From: an uncultured Clostridia bacterium
GTDB lineage: Bacteria > Bacillota > Clostridia > Christensenellales > Borkfalkiaceae
Length of the DNA: 64,000 bases
NCBI GenBank assembly: GCA_947627575.1
Contig: CANQWN010000003.1
Span: 45,959-109,958 of the forward strand
Direction: 5' to 3'
The position numbers and the translations under genes were made by a program. The notes beneath the pieces are model-generated. The model saw only the letters and a list, made by a program, of their open reading frames with translations. It was not told where the DNA came from and did no database searches. Positions 1 to 9,112 of this stretch are shown here, piece after piece; positions within the stretch are counted from its first letter, which is position 1; each line of letters begins with the position of its first letter.

Positions 1-1396
1 ATCTTCCGTCCGTGATAAGCGCCACGTCCTTACCCAGCCCCGCGCCTACTATGGCGGAGGTGGGGGCAAGCATTTCGCGCATGCCGGGGCCGCCCACGCA
101 GCCCTCGTAGCGGATAACTACCACGTCGCCTTTTTTTATTTGCCCGCCCGTTATGGCTTTCATCGCGTCCTCTTCGCAGTTGAAGCATCTGGCAGGTCCG
201 CAGTGCCTGTACATTGCGGGGTCCACGGCGGATTTTTTCACCACGCACCCGTCCTTCGCAAGGTTGCCTTTAAGCACGGCAAGTCCGCCCGTGGCGGAGT
301 AGGGGGATGAAATTTCCATTATAACGTTCCCGTCCGCGGGTTTGGCGCGGGCGATAACCTCGCCCAGCCTGCCGCATACCGTCGCGGCGTCCGTGCGGAG
401 CAACCCCGCCTTATCCAGCTCGCGCATGACGGAAGATATTCCGCCCGCTTCGTTCAAATCCTCGATATAGTGTTCACCCGCGGGCGCAAGCCTGCAAATG
501 TTGGGCGTTTTTTCGCTTATGGCGTTCATCATATCAAGGTTTACGCCGTCAACGCCCGCCTCGCTTGCCACGGCGGTGAGGTGGAGAACCGTGTTTGTGG
601 AAGCGCCTATAGCCATATCCACCGTCAAAGCGTTTTCAAACGCTTCCCGCGTGAGTATATCCCGCGCGCGTACGTTTTTGCGGTAAAGTTCCATAACCGC
701 CGCGCCCGCCTTTTTTGCAAGCGCAAGCCGCGCCGAATATACCATAGGCACGGTGCCGTTGCCGGGCAAAGCTATGCCCAAAGCCTCGCAAAGGCAGTTA
801 AGGCTGTTAGCCGTAAACATACCGCTGCAACTTCCGCAGGTAGGGCAGGCGTTGCTTTCGTATTCTTCCAGCTGTTCGCGGTCTATCTTTCCCGCCTCGT
901 AGGCGCCGCTTACTTCAAACATGGTAGAAAGCGAAGTTTTTTTGCCGCGGACGCGCCCAGCAAGCATAGGTCCGCCGGAAACCATAACGGCGGGCAGGTT
1001 TACCCTCGCCGCCGCCATAAGCATACCGGGGATAATCTTGTCGCAGTTGCCCACAAACACTGCCGCCTGAAACGCGTGCGCCCGCAAAAGAATTTCCGCG
1101 CCGTCCGCAATCACCTCGCGGGAAGGAAGCGAATATTTCATTCCGGCATGTCCCATTGCAATTCCGTCGCAAACGCCTATGCAGGGCAAAATGACGGGCT
1201 TTCCGCCCGCCGCAATAACGCCCTCCGCGGCGGCTTTTGCAATGTCGTCAAGGTGCGAATGTCCCGGTATTATGTCGCTTTGGGCGCAGATTATGCCCAC
1301 AAGCGGTTTGTTTATTTCCTCGTCCGTCCAGCCCAACGCGCGCAGAAGCGAACGTTGGGGGCTTTTATCCGCCCCGAGTGAAAATTCGTTAGCCAT
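1..1396 (-). CDS. ilvD: dihydroxy-acid dehydratase (N-terminal ~465 codons; C-terminal end runs off the left edge)
   Basis: Absent from the ORF track because it is open at the window edge. Reverse-strand translation from the ATG (complement of 1394-1396) reads MANEFSLGADKSPQRSLLRALGWTD. Further in it reads CDGIAMGHAGMKYSLPSREVIADG, GNCDKIIPGMLMAAARVNLPAVMVSGGPM and CPTCGSCSGMFTANSLNCLCEALG, which are IlvD/Edd signature blocks. It lies directly downstream of ilvB-ilvN. Confidence 0.9.
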   Translation of the reverse strand, partial: MANEFSLGADKSPQRSLLRALGWTDEEINKPLVGIICAQSDIIPGHSHLDDIAKAAAEGVIAAGGKPVILPCIGVCDGIAMGHAGMKYSLPSREVIADGAEILLRAHAFQAAVFVGNCDKIIPGMLMAAARVNLPAVMVSGGPMLAGRVRGKKTSLSTMFEVSGAYEAGKIDREQLEEYESNACPTCGSCSGMFTANSLNCLCEALGIALPGNGTVPMVYSARLALAKKAGAAVMELYRKNVRARDILTREAFENALTVDMAIGASTNTVLHLTAVASEAGVDGVNLDMMNAISEKTPNICRLAPAGEHYIEDLNEAGGISSVMRELDKAGLLRTDAATVCGRLGEVIARAKPADGNVIMEISSPYSATGGLAVLKGNLAKDGCVVKKSAVDPAMYRHCGPARCFNCEEDAMKAITGGQIKKGDVVVIRYEGCVGGPGMREMLAPTSAIVGAGLGKDVALITDGR

Positions 1397-1407
1397 TTTA
1401 ACCTCTT

Positions 1408-1938
1408 TCAGCCTATGTGGTCCCCGTAGCAATCGCGGTCTTTAAGGGTATGTTCTCCGCGCGCAAGCGCAATCACGCCCGCGCGTTGCATTTCAAGTAT
1501 CCCGTAGGGGGTTATAACCTTTAAAAACGCGTCCAGCTTTTCGGGGTCGCCCGTCAGTTCAAGTATCATTGTATCGGGCGAAAGGTCCACAACTTTGGCT
1601 TTGTAAATGTCCTTTATTTCCACAATCTGGCTGCGTACTTCGGGCAGGGCTTTTACCTTTACCAAAAGCAGATCGCGGTAAACGCAGTCCAACTCGTTTG
1701 CGCAGCCTATCTTTTTTACGTCCTCAAGTTTGTCCATCTGTTTTATCATCTGGTACAGCACGTAATCGTCGCCTTTCAGGATGATAGTCATTCTCGAAAT
1801 GTCGGGGTTTTCCGTCGCACATACGTTAAGGCTTTCTATGTTGTAACCCCTGCGGGTGAACAAACCCGATATCCTTGTAAGCACGCCGCTCTTGTTGGAA
1901 ACAAGCGCGCCGATAAAATATTTCTTTTCTTCCGCCAT
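1408..1938 (-). CDS. ilvN: acetolactate synthase small (regulatory, ACT-domain) subunit
   Basis: 176 aa. The N-terminus YFIGALVSNKSGVLTRISGLFTRRGYNIESLNV is the typical IlvN/IlvH ACT domain. Its start abuts the ilvB stop (1938/1939). Confidence 0.9.
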   Translation of the reverse strand: MAEEKKYFIGALVSNKSGVLTRISGLFTRRGYNIESLNVCATENPDISRMTIILKGDDYVLYQMIKQMDKLEDVKKIGCANELDCVYRDLLLVKVKALPEVRSQIVEIKDIYKAKVVDLSPDTMILELTGDPEKLDAFLKVITPYGILEMQRAGVIALARGEHTLKDRDCYGDHIG

Positions 1939-3597
1939 TTAATTATCCTCTATGCGTTCTATTTGCGCGTCGTAATTTGCGCCGGGTTTTATCATAGGAA
2001 AAACGTTTTCGTCGCAGGATATCCTGCAATCGACAAGCACGGGACCGTTTTCCGCAAGGGAGTAGGCGCGCGCAAGCGTCTTTTCAACGTCGTCGCGGCT
2101 TTCGATATACAGCCCCGCCGCGCCCATGCTTTCCGCAAGCGCAACGTAGTTTACGCCGCGGTTCAACGTCGTCTGCGAAAATCTGTTGTTATAAAAAACT
2201 TTCTGCCATTGCCGCACCATTCCCAAAACTCCGTTATTCATAAGCAAAATAACTATTTTCGCCTTGCACGCAACCGCAGTCATCAGCTCGTTCATGTTCA
2301 TACCGAAGCATCCGTCGCCCGTAATAAGCGTGCACGTCCTTCCGGTGCCGCAGTACGCGCCGATCGCCGCGCCCAGCCCGAAGCCCATCGTGCCCAATCC
2401 GCCCGAAGATATAAATCCCCGCGGGTATTTTACGGTATAGCGTTGCGCCGCCCACATCTGGTGCTGCCCCACGTCGGTTACGGCAATAGTTCCTTCCGGC
2501 GCAAGTTTGCACGCGGCGTCTATCACCGCGTGCGAAAGCAAACCGCTTTCCCGCGATTTTGCGTCCGCGCTTTTATATTCGGCTATTTGTTTGCGCCAAC
2601 CGTTTGAGGGCTTGCTTTCAAGCAAAGGCAAAAGCGCCTGCAACGTTTTGGCAACGTCCGCCATAACGTGATAATCGGATTTTACGTTTTTATCTATTTC
2701 GGCGTTGTCTATCTCAACCTGAATAATGGTCTTTCCCGCGGAGTATTCGTTGCGGTTAAGCGCAACCCGGTCGGAAAATCTTGTGCCCAGCGCAATTATC
2801 ACGTCCGCCGCGATAGTGGCTTTAACGGCGGCTTTTGTACCGTGCATACCCGTCATTCCCAAACACATTTCGTAATCGTCCGGCACGCAACCTTTGCCCA
2901 TAAGCGTATAGGTTACGGGGCATCCGCACTTTTCCGAAAGCTGTTCAACAAGTTGCGTCGCGCCGGAAGCTATAACCCCGCCGCCGGCAAGTATAAGCGG
3001 TCTCTTTGCCTTGTTTATCGCCGCGGCTATCTCTTTAAGTTCCTCCGCGTTCACTTCGTCGCTTCTGTATTTTTCGGGCACGGCGGGGGAGTAGTTACAT
3101 TCGGCAACCTGCACGTTTTTAAGTATATCTATAAGCACGGGACCTTTACGTCCGCTGTTGGCTATGTGAAAAGCCCTGCGCACCGTGTCCGCAAGCTCGT
3201 TTACGTCCTTTACGATAAAGTTGTGTTTAGTGATGGGTATGGTGATGCCCGTTATGTCTATTTCCTGAAAGCTGTCCCTGCCCAAAAACGCCATTCCCAC
3301 GTTTCCCGTCACAGCCACAAGGGGCACCGAATCCATAAACGCGGTGGCAATGCCCGTCACAAGGTTTGTCGCGCCCGGACCGGAAGTGGCAAAACACACG
3401 CCCACTTTGCCCGTAGCGCGCGCATACCCGTCCGCGGCGTGCGCCGCGCCCTGTTCGTGCGCGGTAAGCACATGGCGTATTTTTCCGTTTCTGTAAAGCG
3501 CGTCGTAAATATCCAGCACGGTTCCGCCCGGATAACCGAATATTGTATCCACGCCCTGTTCAAGCAGACAGTTTATAAGCACGTCGGCGCCGTTCAT
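1939..3597 (-). CDS. ilvB: acetolactate synthase large (catalytic, ThDP) subunit
   Basis: 552 aa. Carries MNGADVLINCLLEQGVDTIFGYPGG, the ThDP motif GDGCFGMNMNELMT and the GLGTMGFGLGAAIGA block. Confidence 0.93.
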   Translation of the reverse strand: MNGADVLINCLLEQGVDTIFGYPGGTVLDIYDALYRNGKIRHVLTAHEQGAAHAADGYARATGKVGVCFATSGPGATNLVTGIATAFMDSVPLVAVTGNVGMAFLGRDSFQEIDITGITIPITKHNFIVKDVNELADTVRRAFHIANSGRKGPVLIDILKNVQVAECNYSPAVPEKYRSDEVNAEELKEIAAAINKAKRPLILAGGGVIASGATQLVEQLSEKCGCPVTYTLMGKGCVPDDYEMCLGMTGMHGTKAAVKATIAADVIIALGTRFSDRVALNRNEYSAGKTIIQVEIDNAEIDKNVKSDYHVMADVAKTLQALLPLLESKPSNGWRKQIAEYKSADAKSRESGLLSHAVIDAACKLAPEGTIAVTDVGQHQMWAAQRYTVKYPRGFISSGGLGTMGFGLGAAIGAYCGTGRTCTLITGDGCFGMNMNELMTAVACKAKIVILLMNNGVLGMVRQWQKVFYNNRFSQTTLNRGVNYVALAESMGAAGLYIESRDDVEKTLARAYSLAENGPVLVDCRISCDENVFPMIKPGANYDAQIERIEDN

Positions 3598-3712
3598 ATT
3601 TTTACCGCCTCATAATAGTATATTAGCTAATATTTTAAGTAAATTACATCTTTATGTCAACAAAAAAACGCCCCGCAACATTAAATTGCCCCGCGCCGCC
3701 CGCATATCGCCG

Positions 3713-3741
3713 TTGACAGCCCCGCCCGGCGGTGCTATAAT
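3713..3741 (+). promoter_or_regulatory. sigma-A-type promoter for the aldo/keto reductase gene
   Basis: TTGACA (3713-3718), a 17-nt spacer, then TATAAT (3736-3741). It lies inside the N-terminal extension of ORF 3686, which argues for the internal start at 3767. Confidence 0.55.
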
Positions 3742-3766
3742 AGTTAAAAAGCGTGAGAGGTGCTCT

Positions 3767-4591
3767 ATGAAAAATTTCGTGTTGAACAACGGGCTTGAAA
3801 TTCCCGCCGTGGGGTTAGGCACATGGCAATCCGCCCCGCAGGACGCATATAACGCAACACTTTGGGCGTTGGAAGCGGGTTACCGCCTGATAGATACGGC
3901 GTATGTATACGGCAACGAACGTCAGGTGGGCAAAGCCGTGCGTGACAGCGGGCTTAAAAGGGATGAAGTGTTCATCACAACCAAACTTCCCGCCGATATA
4001 AAGACGAAGGAAGGGGCTGAAAGCCACCTTGCAATGTCGCTTGAAAACCTCGGTATGGATTATCTCGATTTGTATCTCATCCATGCCCCGTGGCCGTGGT
4101 CCGACGTAGGAAGCGACTGCACTTCCGGCAACATCGCCGCGTGGGAAAGCATGACGGAAGCATACCGTTCAGGCATATGTAAATCAATAGGCGTTTCAAA
4201 CTTCCACGAAAGCGAAATAACCCCGCTGATAGCCGCAACGGGCGTTACGCCGGCGGTAAACCAAATCCGCTTTTTCATAGGCAACACGCAGGAAGCGGTT
4301 ACGGGCTATTGCCGCAACGCGGGCATATTGGTGCAGGCATATTCGCCTATGGCTACCGGCAATATCCTCGATAATCCCATATTGAAGGATATGGCGCAAA
4401 GGTACGGCGTAACGCTTGCCCAACTGTGTATAAAGTACTGCCTGCAAAGCGGGTGCCTGCCCCTGCCTAAATCCGTCCACAAACAGCGCATAATCGAAAA
4501 TTTCAAGCTGGATTTCACCGTTTCGGAAGAGGATATAAATCTTCTCGATGCCCTCAAAGGGATAGGTCCCGTAAAGCCCTACCGCAGCTGA
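3767..4591 (+). CDS. aldo/keto reductase family oxidoreductase
   Basis: Starts at MKNFVLNNGLEIPAVGLGTWQ, preceded by GAGAGG. AKR catalytic blocks are present: LIDTAYVYGNE, FITTKL and LYLIHAPWP. Confidence 0.85.
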   Translation: MKNFVLNNGLEIPAVGLGTWQSAPQDAYNATLWALEAGYRLIDTAYVYGNERQVGKAVRDSGLKRDEVFITTKLPADIKTKEGAESHLAMSLENLGMDYLDLYLIHAPWPWSDVGSDCTSGNIAAWESMTEAYRSGICKSIGVSNFHESEITPLIAATGVTPAVNQIRFFIGNTQEAVTGYCRNAGILVQAYSPMATGNILDNPILKDMAQRYGVTLAQLCIKYCLQSGCLPLPKSVHKQRIIENFKLDFTVSEEDINLLDALKGIGPVKPYRS

Positions 4592-4640
4592 AAAACAATC
4601 GCCGCTTTACTGTTCGATATGGTTAAATAATATGCATTTA

Positions 4641-4668
4641 AAACCCGCTTTAAACCGCGGGTTTTTTT
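4641..4668 (+). terminator. rho-independent terminator after the AKR gene
   Basis: AAACCCGC-loop-GCGGGTTT stem followed by a T7 run. Confidence 0.6.
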
Positions 4669-4784
4669 GCTGATATACGGCGGCAAGAGGGGCGTAAACG
4701 GCTTTCCCGCGCAACCCAAAGTGTATGTAAGCGGCATTTTGCGGTAAATAAAAATCAGATTGGATAGGGGATATGCGGCGGCGA

Positions 4785-4825
4785 ATAATAAAGTAAGTCC
4801 CCTGCGGCGTTTACCGCAGGGGACG
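4785..4825 (-). terminator. rho-independent terminator after hsp20
   Basis: 11-bp stem GTCCCCTGCGG / CCGCAGGGGAC (4798-4825). On the minus strand it is followed by TTACTTTATTATT. Confidence 0.6.
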
Positions 4826-4838
4826 GTTCGTGCAGAGA

Positions 4839-5252
4839 TTATTCTATCTCTATAAAATCGCTTTTAATCTGTTTGGGTTGCGCTTTGGGCACCGTCAAAA
4901 ACAACATTCCGTTGTCGTATTTGGCTTTTATCTGTTCGCGCGTAACTTCGTTTCCGACGTAAAAACTTCTCGATGTGCTTTCCGAAATTTCCCTGCGCAG
5001 ATATTTCTTGGAATTTTCTTCTTTTTTCTGTCTCGAAGCGTTTACGGTAAGATATCCGCCTTCAAGCGAAATCTTTATTTCGTTCTTTGCGTAACCGGGC
5101 AATTCAAGGTCAAGTTCGTAGGAATCTTCCGTTTCCTTTATGTCCGTTTTCAGGTCCTTGCTCTCGTCGAAGAACATCGGTTTGAAAAAGTCGTCAAATA
5201 CGTCAAACAAATCGTAGTTGTTATTGTCTCTCGTCTGCAAATAATGTTTCAT
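4839..5252 (-). CDS. small heat-shock protein, Hsp20/alpha-crystallin family
   Basis: 137 aa. The alpha-crystallin core reads TDIKETEDSYELDLELPGYAKNEIKISLEGGYLTVNA...YDNGMLFLTVPK. An AAGGAG RBS sits upstream. Confidence 0.9.
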   Translation of the reverse strand: MKHYLQTRDNNNYDLFDVFDDFFKPMFFDESKDLKTDIKETEDSYELDLELPGYAKNEIKISLEGGYLTVNASRQKKEENSKKYLRREISESTSRSFYVGNEVTREQIKAKYDNGMLFLTVPKAQPKQIKSDFIEIE

Positions 5253-5562
5253 AATAAATCTCCTTAAAATTATAAAATTTTTTTATAACTTGGGGAGGCT
5301 GCGGTGGTCGGCTTTCACCGAAACTGCGCCGTCGGCTATCCGACGCCTACCGTCTTCCTTTGTTCACTATATTTATACCGCTTTTCCGCATTTTTAAAAC
5401 GCCTTTTAAAAATATTTTTTCAGTAAAATATTTCCTTCCCGCCGCATTTTTACATTTCGTAAAGTCAACCCGCGTCGTCGCCTTGTTGCAATTTAAAGGC
5501 AGAGGCATATCGTTTCGCGCAACTGTATTGTGAAAAATTCGATTCAGACTGATTGTGGTGAG

Positions 5563-5612
5563 TGTATAGGTTAGAAAGTCTAACCTATACAACATAACAA
5601 GGATACACATTC
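5563..5612 (+). repeat. left copy of an imperfect direct repeat bracketing the islet (contains a 13-bp-stem hairpin at 5573-5601)
   Basis: TTGTGGTGA-N6-AGGTTAGAAAGTCTAACCT matches 9741-9774 at 27 of 34 positions with identical spacing, and a looser tail also aligns. The internal hairpin is TGTATAGGTTAGA-AAG-TCTAACCTATACA. Confidence 0.55.
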
Positions 5613-5624
5613 TTACCAAATGAA

Positions 5625-5654
5625 TTGACAATGAGCGTGAATTTGTATTACAAT
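5625..5654 (+). promoter_or_regulatory. candidate promoter of the AbiH-like gene
   Basis: TTGACA (5625-5630), an 18-nt spacer, then TACAAT (5649-5654). The -10 box ends only 5 nt before the ATG at 5660. Confidence 0.4.
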
Positions 5655-5659
5655 AAACA

Positions 5660-6871
5660 ATGAAAATATACAGGGGCGGTAATGTTTTTGTGGCTCATCA
5701 GCTACTTATTTTAGGAAATGGATTTGATTTACATTGTGGGTTGAAATCAAGTTATAATGATTTCTTTCGTAAAACCATAATTGATACTGCTGGCGAAAAA
5801 TTTGGTTTAATAAAAAAACAACCAAATGTAAATGGTTTTTGGGAAGGGCTTCTATTAGAGTATTATAGGGCGTATGGAAATTCAAATGAAGATTGGTGCG
5901 CAATAGAAAATATCATCTTACAGACGCTTATTTCTGTTTGCATTAACATAGATCAAAATTATCCTCTAAGCATTTGGAGTATGGCGGCGAGTCAAATTCA
6001 TCAAGACAATATTGACAAAATAATAAATACACCTATAAAAAAATACTTGTTTAATTATTGTCGCTATTACTATAATAGATTAATAAATGAACCAGAAAGT
6101 GTCAAATTTAATCTGTTTTTAGCGCACCTTCTACAAGAATTACATAATTTCGAAAAAAGATTTTGCAAATATCTTAAGGATAATATAATCAATCCACAAA
6201 ATAAAAAAATCAATGAGGGATACGTGCTAAATGCGGCTAATTTGATTGCGGCACTAACGGGATCTACAGGTGCAAATCATAGGACTATGGATGATATTTT
6301 CCATAATAACAATGCCTTATTCCATTCATTCCGAGATCTATTGTCTACTCATGTCTTGAATTTCAACTACACAGCTTTGTCTGATATTGTAACGACACAA
6401 GATATATGCTATCATATAAATGTGCATGGAAAATTGTGCAATGAACAATGCGGCGAAAACTGCACTAAATCGAGCATCATTTTGGGCATTGATGATAAGA
6501 TAATCCAGTCGCGTGACGAATATGCGCCGTTGAGAATTTTCAGCAAAACTTATAGAAAAATGATGCTCGAGGAAAGCCCGCTGGGTATTTTGCCTCGCGC
6601 TTATGAAGACCTGCTCAAAATTAAATTTTATGGGCATTCTCTTAGCGAAGCTGACTATTCTTATTTCCAAAGCATTTTTGATTATTATAATCTTTATGGA
6701 AACAACAATGTCAGTCTAATCTTTTATTATTCTGAGGGCTATGACCAAACAGACGCCATATATCGGCTTGTCAATTCCTATGGAAGGACATTAACCAATA
6801 GGGATCAAGGCAAAAATCTTATTCATAAACTACTTTTAGAAAACAGACTAATAATTAAAAAGATAGATTAG
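5660..6871 (+). CDS. AbiH-family abortive-infection protein (putative)
   Basis: 403 aa. From memory of the AbiH family (Pfam PF14253), the layout matches: N-terminal LLILGNGFDLHCGLKSSYNDFF, a middle LNFNYT...INVHGKL...SIILGID block, and C-terminal IKFYGHSLSEADYSYFQSIFD. AT-rich codon usage. Confidence 0.72.
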   Translation: MKIYRGGNVFVAHQLLILGNGFDLHCGLKSSYNDFFRKTIIDTAGEKFGLIKKQPNVNGFWEGLLLEYYRAYGNSNEDWCAIENIILQTLISVCINIDQNYPLSIWSMAASQIHQDNIDKIINTPIKKYLFNYCRYYYNRLINEPESVKFNLFLAHLLQELHNFEKRFCKYLKDNIINPQNKKINEGYVLNAANLIAALTGSTGANHRTMDDIFHNNNALFHSFRDLLSTHVLNFNYTALSDIVTTQDICYHINVHGKLCNEQCGENCTKSSIILGIDDKIIQSRDEYAPLRIFSKTYRKMMLEESPLGILPRAYEDLLKIKFYGHSLSEADYSYFQSIFDYYNLYGNNNVSLIFYYSEGYDQTDAIYRLVNSYGRTLTNRDQGKNLIHKLLLENRLIIKKID

Positions 6872-6888
6872 TGATAGTTAAGTGGCGT

Positions 6889-6916
6889 TTGAATTTTAGT
6901 GAAACTTTTATAAAAT
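6889..6916 (+). promoter_or_regulatory. candidate own promoter of the methyltransferase gene
   Basis: TTGAAT (6889-6894), a 16-nt spacer, then TAAAAT (6911-6916), in the 62-bp gap after the AbiH-like gene. Confidence 0.3.
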
Positions 6917-6933
6917 AGACATAAGGGTATAGG

Positions 6934-8343
6934 ATGACAATTACTGACGAGAAAATAAAAGAAGAATTTCAATCATTGCCCGAAGATTTTTGGGACTTTA
7001 AGCTTTCAACAACCCATGACTTAACTCATGGGTTACATTCTTATCCCGCGATGATGGTATATCCAATTTCGCGCAATATTATAAAAATCTATAAAAAATA
7101 TCAACCTATAGAAACTCTTTTAGATCCTTTTATGGGGTCAGGAACTGTTTTAGTAGAAGGTATGCTTGGCAACATACCAAACATTTATGGAGTAGACCTA
7201 AATCCGTTGGCTGTGTTGATGAGTGAAGTGAAAACAACGCCGCTTTCTTCCGCTCAACTTGAAATGATTGAAATTCATAAAATAAATCTTTCTAAGATAA
7301 AAGAGCAAACAATTAAAGTATCGGATGATTTCGATAAATATGTACGTGAAGAACTGCGTTTAGATATTACAGCCAAAAAAGGTTGGGGTGATTCTGCGCA
7401 CAAATATATTGATAACTATTTTAATAACAAGAATAATAATTATCAACATTTTATGAATTTGGGGTTTTGGTTTTTACCGAAAGTAGTTATACAATTACAA
7501 ACAATTAAAAACTTTATTTTACATGAAGCAGATATTGCTGTAAGAAATTTTTTGCTTTTGGTTTTTAGTGAAACTGTTCGGACGACCTCTAATACTCGAA
7601 ATAGCGAATTTAAACTATTTCGTATGACTGCGGCAAAATTGCTTAACTATAATCCAAACGCATTCGAAGAATATTTTAAAATACTAAATAGAAATGTTGA
7701 AAAAATGAAAGACTTTATGTGCTACGATGTCTTTCATTCAAGCGTTCATATTAGCTATGAAGATACGAGATTTTTAAATACGGTGCCAAACCACAGTGTC
7801 GATTTAGTTATTACCTCACCGCCCTATGGAGATAGTATGACTACCGTTGCTTATGGGCAATTCAGTCGGTTATCTTTACAGTGGTTAAACCTAAATGACC
7901 CTAATCAGCAAAATGTGATTGATATAGACAAAACTCTTTTAGGCGGGAAACCCTACTGTAACAAACAACAATGGGCTTTACTTGGAAGTCAAACACTTAC
8001 AGAAACACTTGGGAGAATTGCAGACAAGGATTTATTCCGCGCTTACGACGTGTTCGGTTTCTATATTGATTTAGATAAATGTCTTTATAGTATCTCCAAT
8101 AAAATGAAAAAAGGCGGCTATCAATTTTGGGTCGTTGGCAATCGCACGGTAAAGTTGCAAACATTGCAAACAGATAAAATTTTATCTGAAATGGCACAAA
8201 AGTATGGTCTCAAATATCTATTTTCATTCGGGAGAAATATCAGTAATAAAACAATGCCTTCTTTAAATTCACCAACAAATGAACCAGGTGCGCGGGTAAG
8301 AACCATGACAAAAGAAATCATTGTAGTATTAAAGAAGGAGTGA
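6934..8343 (+). CDS. type II DNA methyltransferase (SPPY catalytic motif; probably N4-cytosine, possibly N6-adenine)
   Basis: 469 aa. The AdoMet motif I LDPFMGSGTVLVEG (about aa 63-76) precedes the catalytic motif IV VITSPPYGDS (about aa 292-301) by roughly 220 aa. It converges on an MvaI/BcnI-type endonuclease gene. Confidence 0.85.
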   Translation: MTITDEKIKEEFQSLPEDFWDFKLSTTHDLTHGLHSYPAMMVYPISRNIIKIYKKYQPIETLLDPFMGSGTVLVEGMLGNIPNIYGVDLNPLAVLMSEVKTTPLSSAQLEMIEIHKINLSKIKEQTIKVSDDFDKYVREELRLDITAKKGWGDSAHKYIDNYFNNKNNNYQHFMNLGFWFLPKVVIQLQTIKNFILHEADIAVRNFLLLVFSETVRTTSNTRNSEFKLFRMTAAKLLNYNPNAFEEYFKILNRNVEKMKDFMCYDVFHSSVHISYEDTRFLNTVPNHSVDLVITSPPYGDSMTTVAYGQFSRLSLQWLNLNDPNQQNVIDIDKTLLGGKPYCNKQQWALLGSQTLTETLGRIADKDLFRAYDVFGFYIDLDKCLYSISNKMKKGGYQFWVVGNRTVKLQTLQTDKILSEMAQKYGLKYLFSFGRNISNKTMPSLNSPTNEPGARVRTMTKEIIVVLKKE

Positions 8344-8364
8344 CACGCACTCCTTCTTAATTTT
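8332..8364. terminator. bidirectional terminator between the convergent M and R genes
   Basis: 11-bp stem AAGAAGGAGTG / CACTCCTTCTT with loop ACACG. It overlaps the M stop codon and has AT/T-rich flanks on both sides. Confidence 0.55.
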
Positions 8365-8366
8365 AT

Positions 8367-9104
8367 TTATACAATTTTTGTAATTTTGTCAAATAGTGCC
8401 GCTTGATCCTTTTCTTTAATTCGGAACCCCGTTCCATGGTCGTGTGTCTTTCCTTCATTTGCGCCGCCATGATATTGCCCAATTCGTAAATCTACATAGA
8501 TAGAGCCAGTCCGAAGTAAATCAATGATTTTTTCCGCATTAAATCCTTCAACTAAATAGGCTGATTCAAAATAAAATTCCTCACGCTCACCGTTCCCGCG
8601 CGAATTAGCCTTTACATAAATGAACTTCGTTCCAAGTTTCTTTGTCATTTGCCTTTCTAACACATTTATAGACCAATAAATATCTGTTAATCCGTTTTCA
8701 TCTTCTATGTAAATTTTATCTTTTGTGGGAGTTACTTTTAGCCTATGTCCTGTATTTGCGATAGGAGTAAAGGAAATTGCATTAAGGGTCGAATGTAGAA
8801 CTTTCTCATCGTTGCCATATGCGCCGCTTGCATATCCATATTCAAGTCTTAAAACCGTATTTGCTCGCCGCGTATCAGGGGATTTTGTAATTAGTGTGAG
8901 CATACTACTTGAATTGCGCCGTGCTGATTTTAATTCATATTCTCCGAAATCAGGACCTTGGATATTATTCTCAACAATGCCTAATAAGTCTTCAAGAGTT
9001 TTTCCAATGCCTGTTTGACCTGAGCGGTGAGTAGCTATCCAACCCAAATTCTTTACTTTTTGAAATCGGGCGACAAATTCTTCCAAAGTTAAAACCTGTT
9101 CCAT
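8367..9104 (-). CDS. type II restriction endonuclease, MvaI/BcnI family
   Basis: 245 aa. Several blocks match my recollection of R.MvaI/R.BcnI: GQTGIGKTLEDLLG, GPDFGEYELKSAR (a PD..ExK-like core), SMLTLITKSPD, ANTVLRLEYGY and DLRIGQYHGGANEGKTHDHGTGFRI. Confidence 0.8.
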   Translation of the reverse strand: MEQVLTLEEFVARFQKVKNLGWIATHRSGQTGIGKTLEDLLGIVENNIQGPDFGEYELKSARRNSSSMLTLITKSPDTRRANTVLRLEYGYASGAYGNDEKVLHSTLNAISFTPIANTGHRLKVTPTKDKIYIEDENGLTDIYWSINVLERQMTKKLGTKFIYVKANSRGNGEREEFYFESAYLVEGFNAEKIIDLLRTGSIYVDLRIGQYHGGANEGKTHDHGTGFRIKEKDQAALFDKITKIV

Positions 9105-9112
9105 ATAATTCC

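Noticed and set aside
470-1381. 303-aa plus-strand ORF (and the other ORFs at 30-1445)
   Set aside because: It lies antisense to a clear ilvD reading frame. The Arg/His/Ala-rich sequence has no motifs. It is typical of a stop-free shadow frame in GC-rich coding DNA.
3686-3766. N-terminal extensions offered by the ORF track (3686, 12421, 19590, 27488, 35534, 55617, 61473, 62359, 48033, 49917)
   Set aside because: The extensions cover promoters, terminators or upstream-gene ends, and often begin with TTG or GTG. Internal ATGs with good Shine-Dalgarno sequences match the conserved family N-termini.
5253-5345. CIRCE or CtsR heat-shock operator upstream of hsp20
   Set aside because: There is no TTAGCACTC-N9-GAGTGCTAA or GGTCAAA repeat. 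Only an AT-rich palindrome (TTATAAAA-TTT-TTTTATAA, 5270-5288) is present, and it is indistinguishable from a promoter -10 region.
5347-5631. 94-aa minus-strand ORF at the left edge of the islet
   Set aside because: It has no RBS and no recognisable motif. It runs through the direct-repeat hairpin and the AbiH promoter region. AT-rich DNA with few stops on this frame arises by chance.
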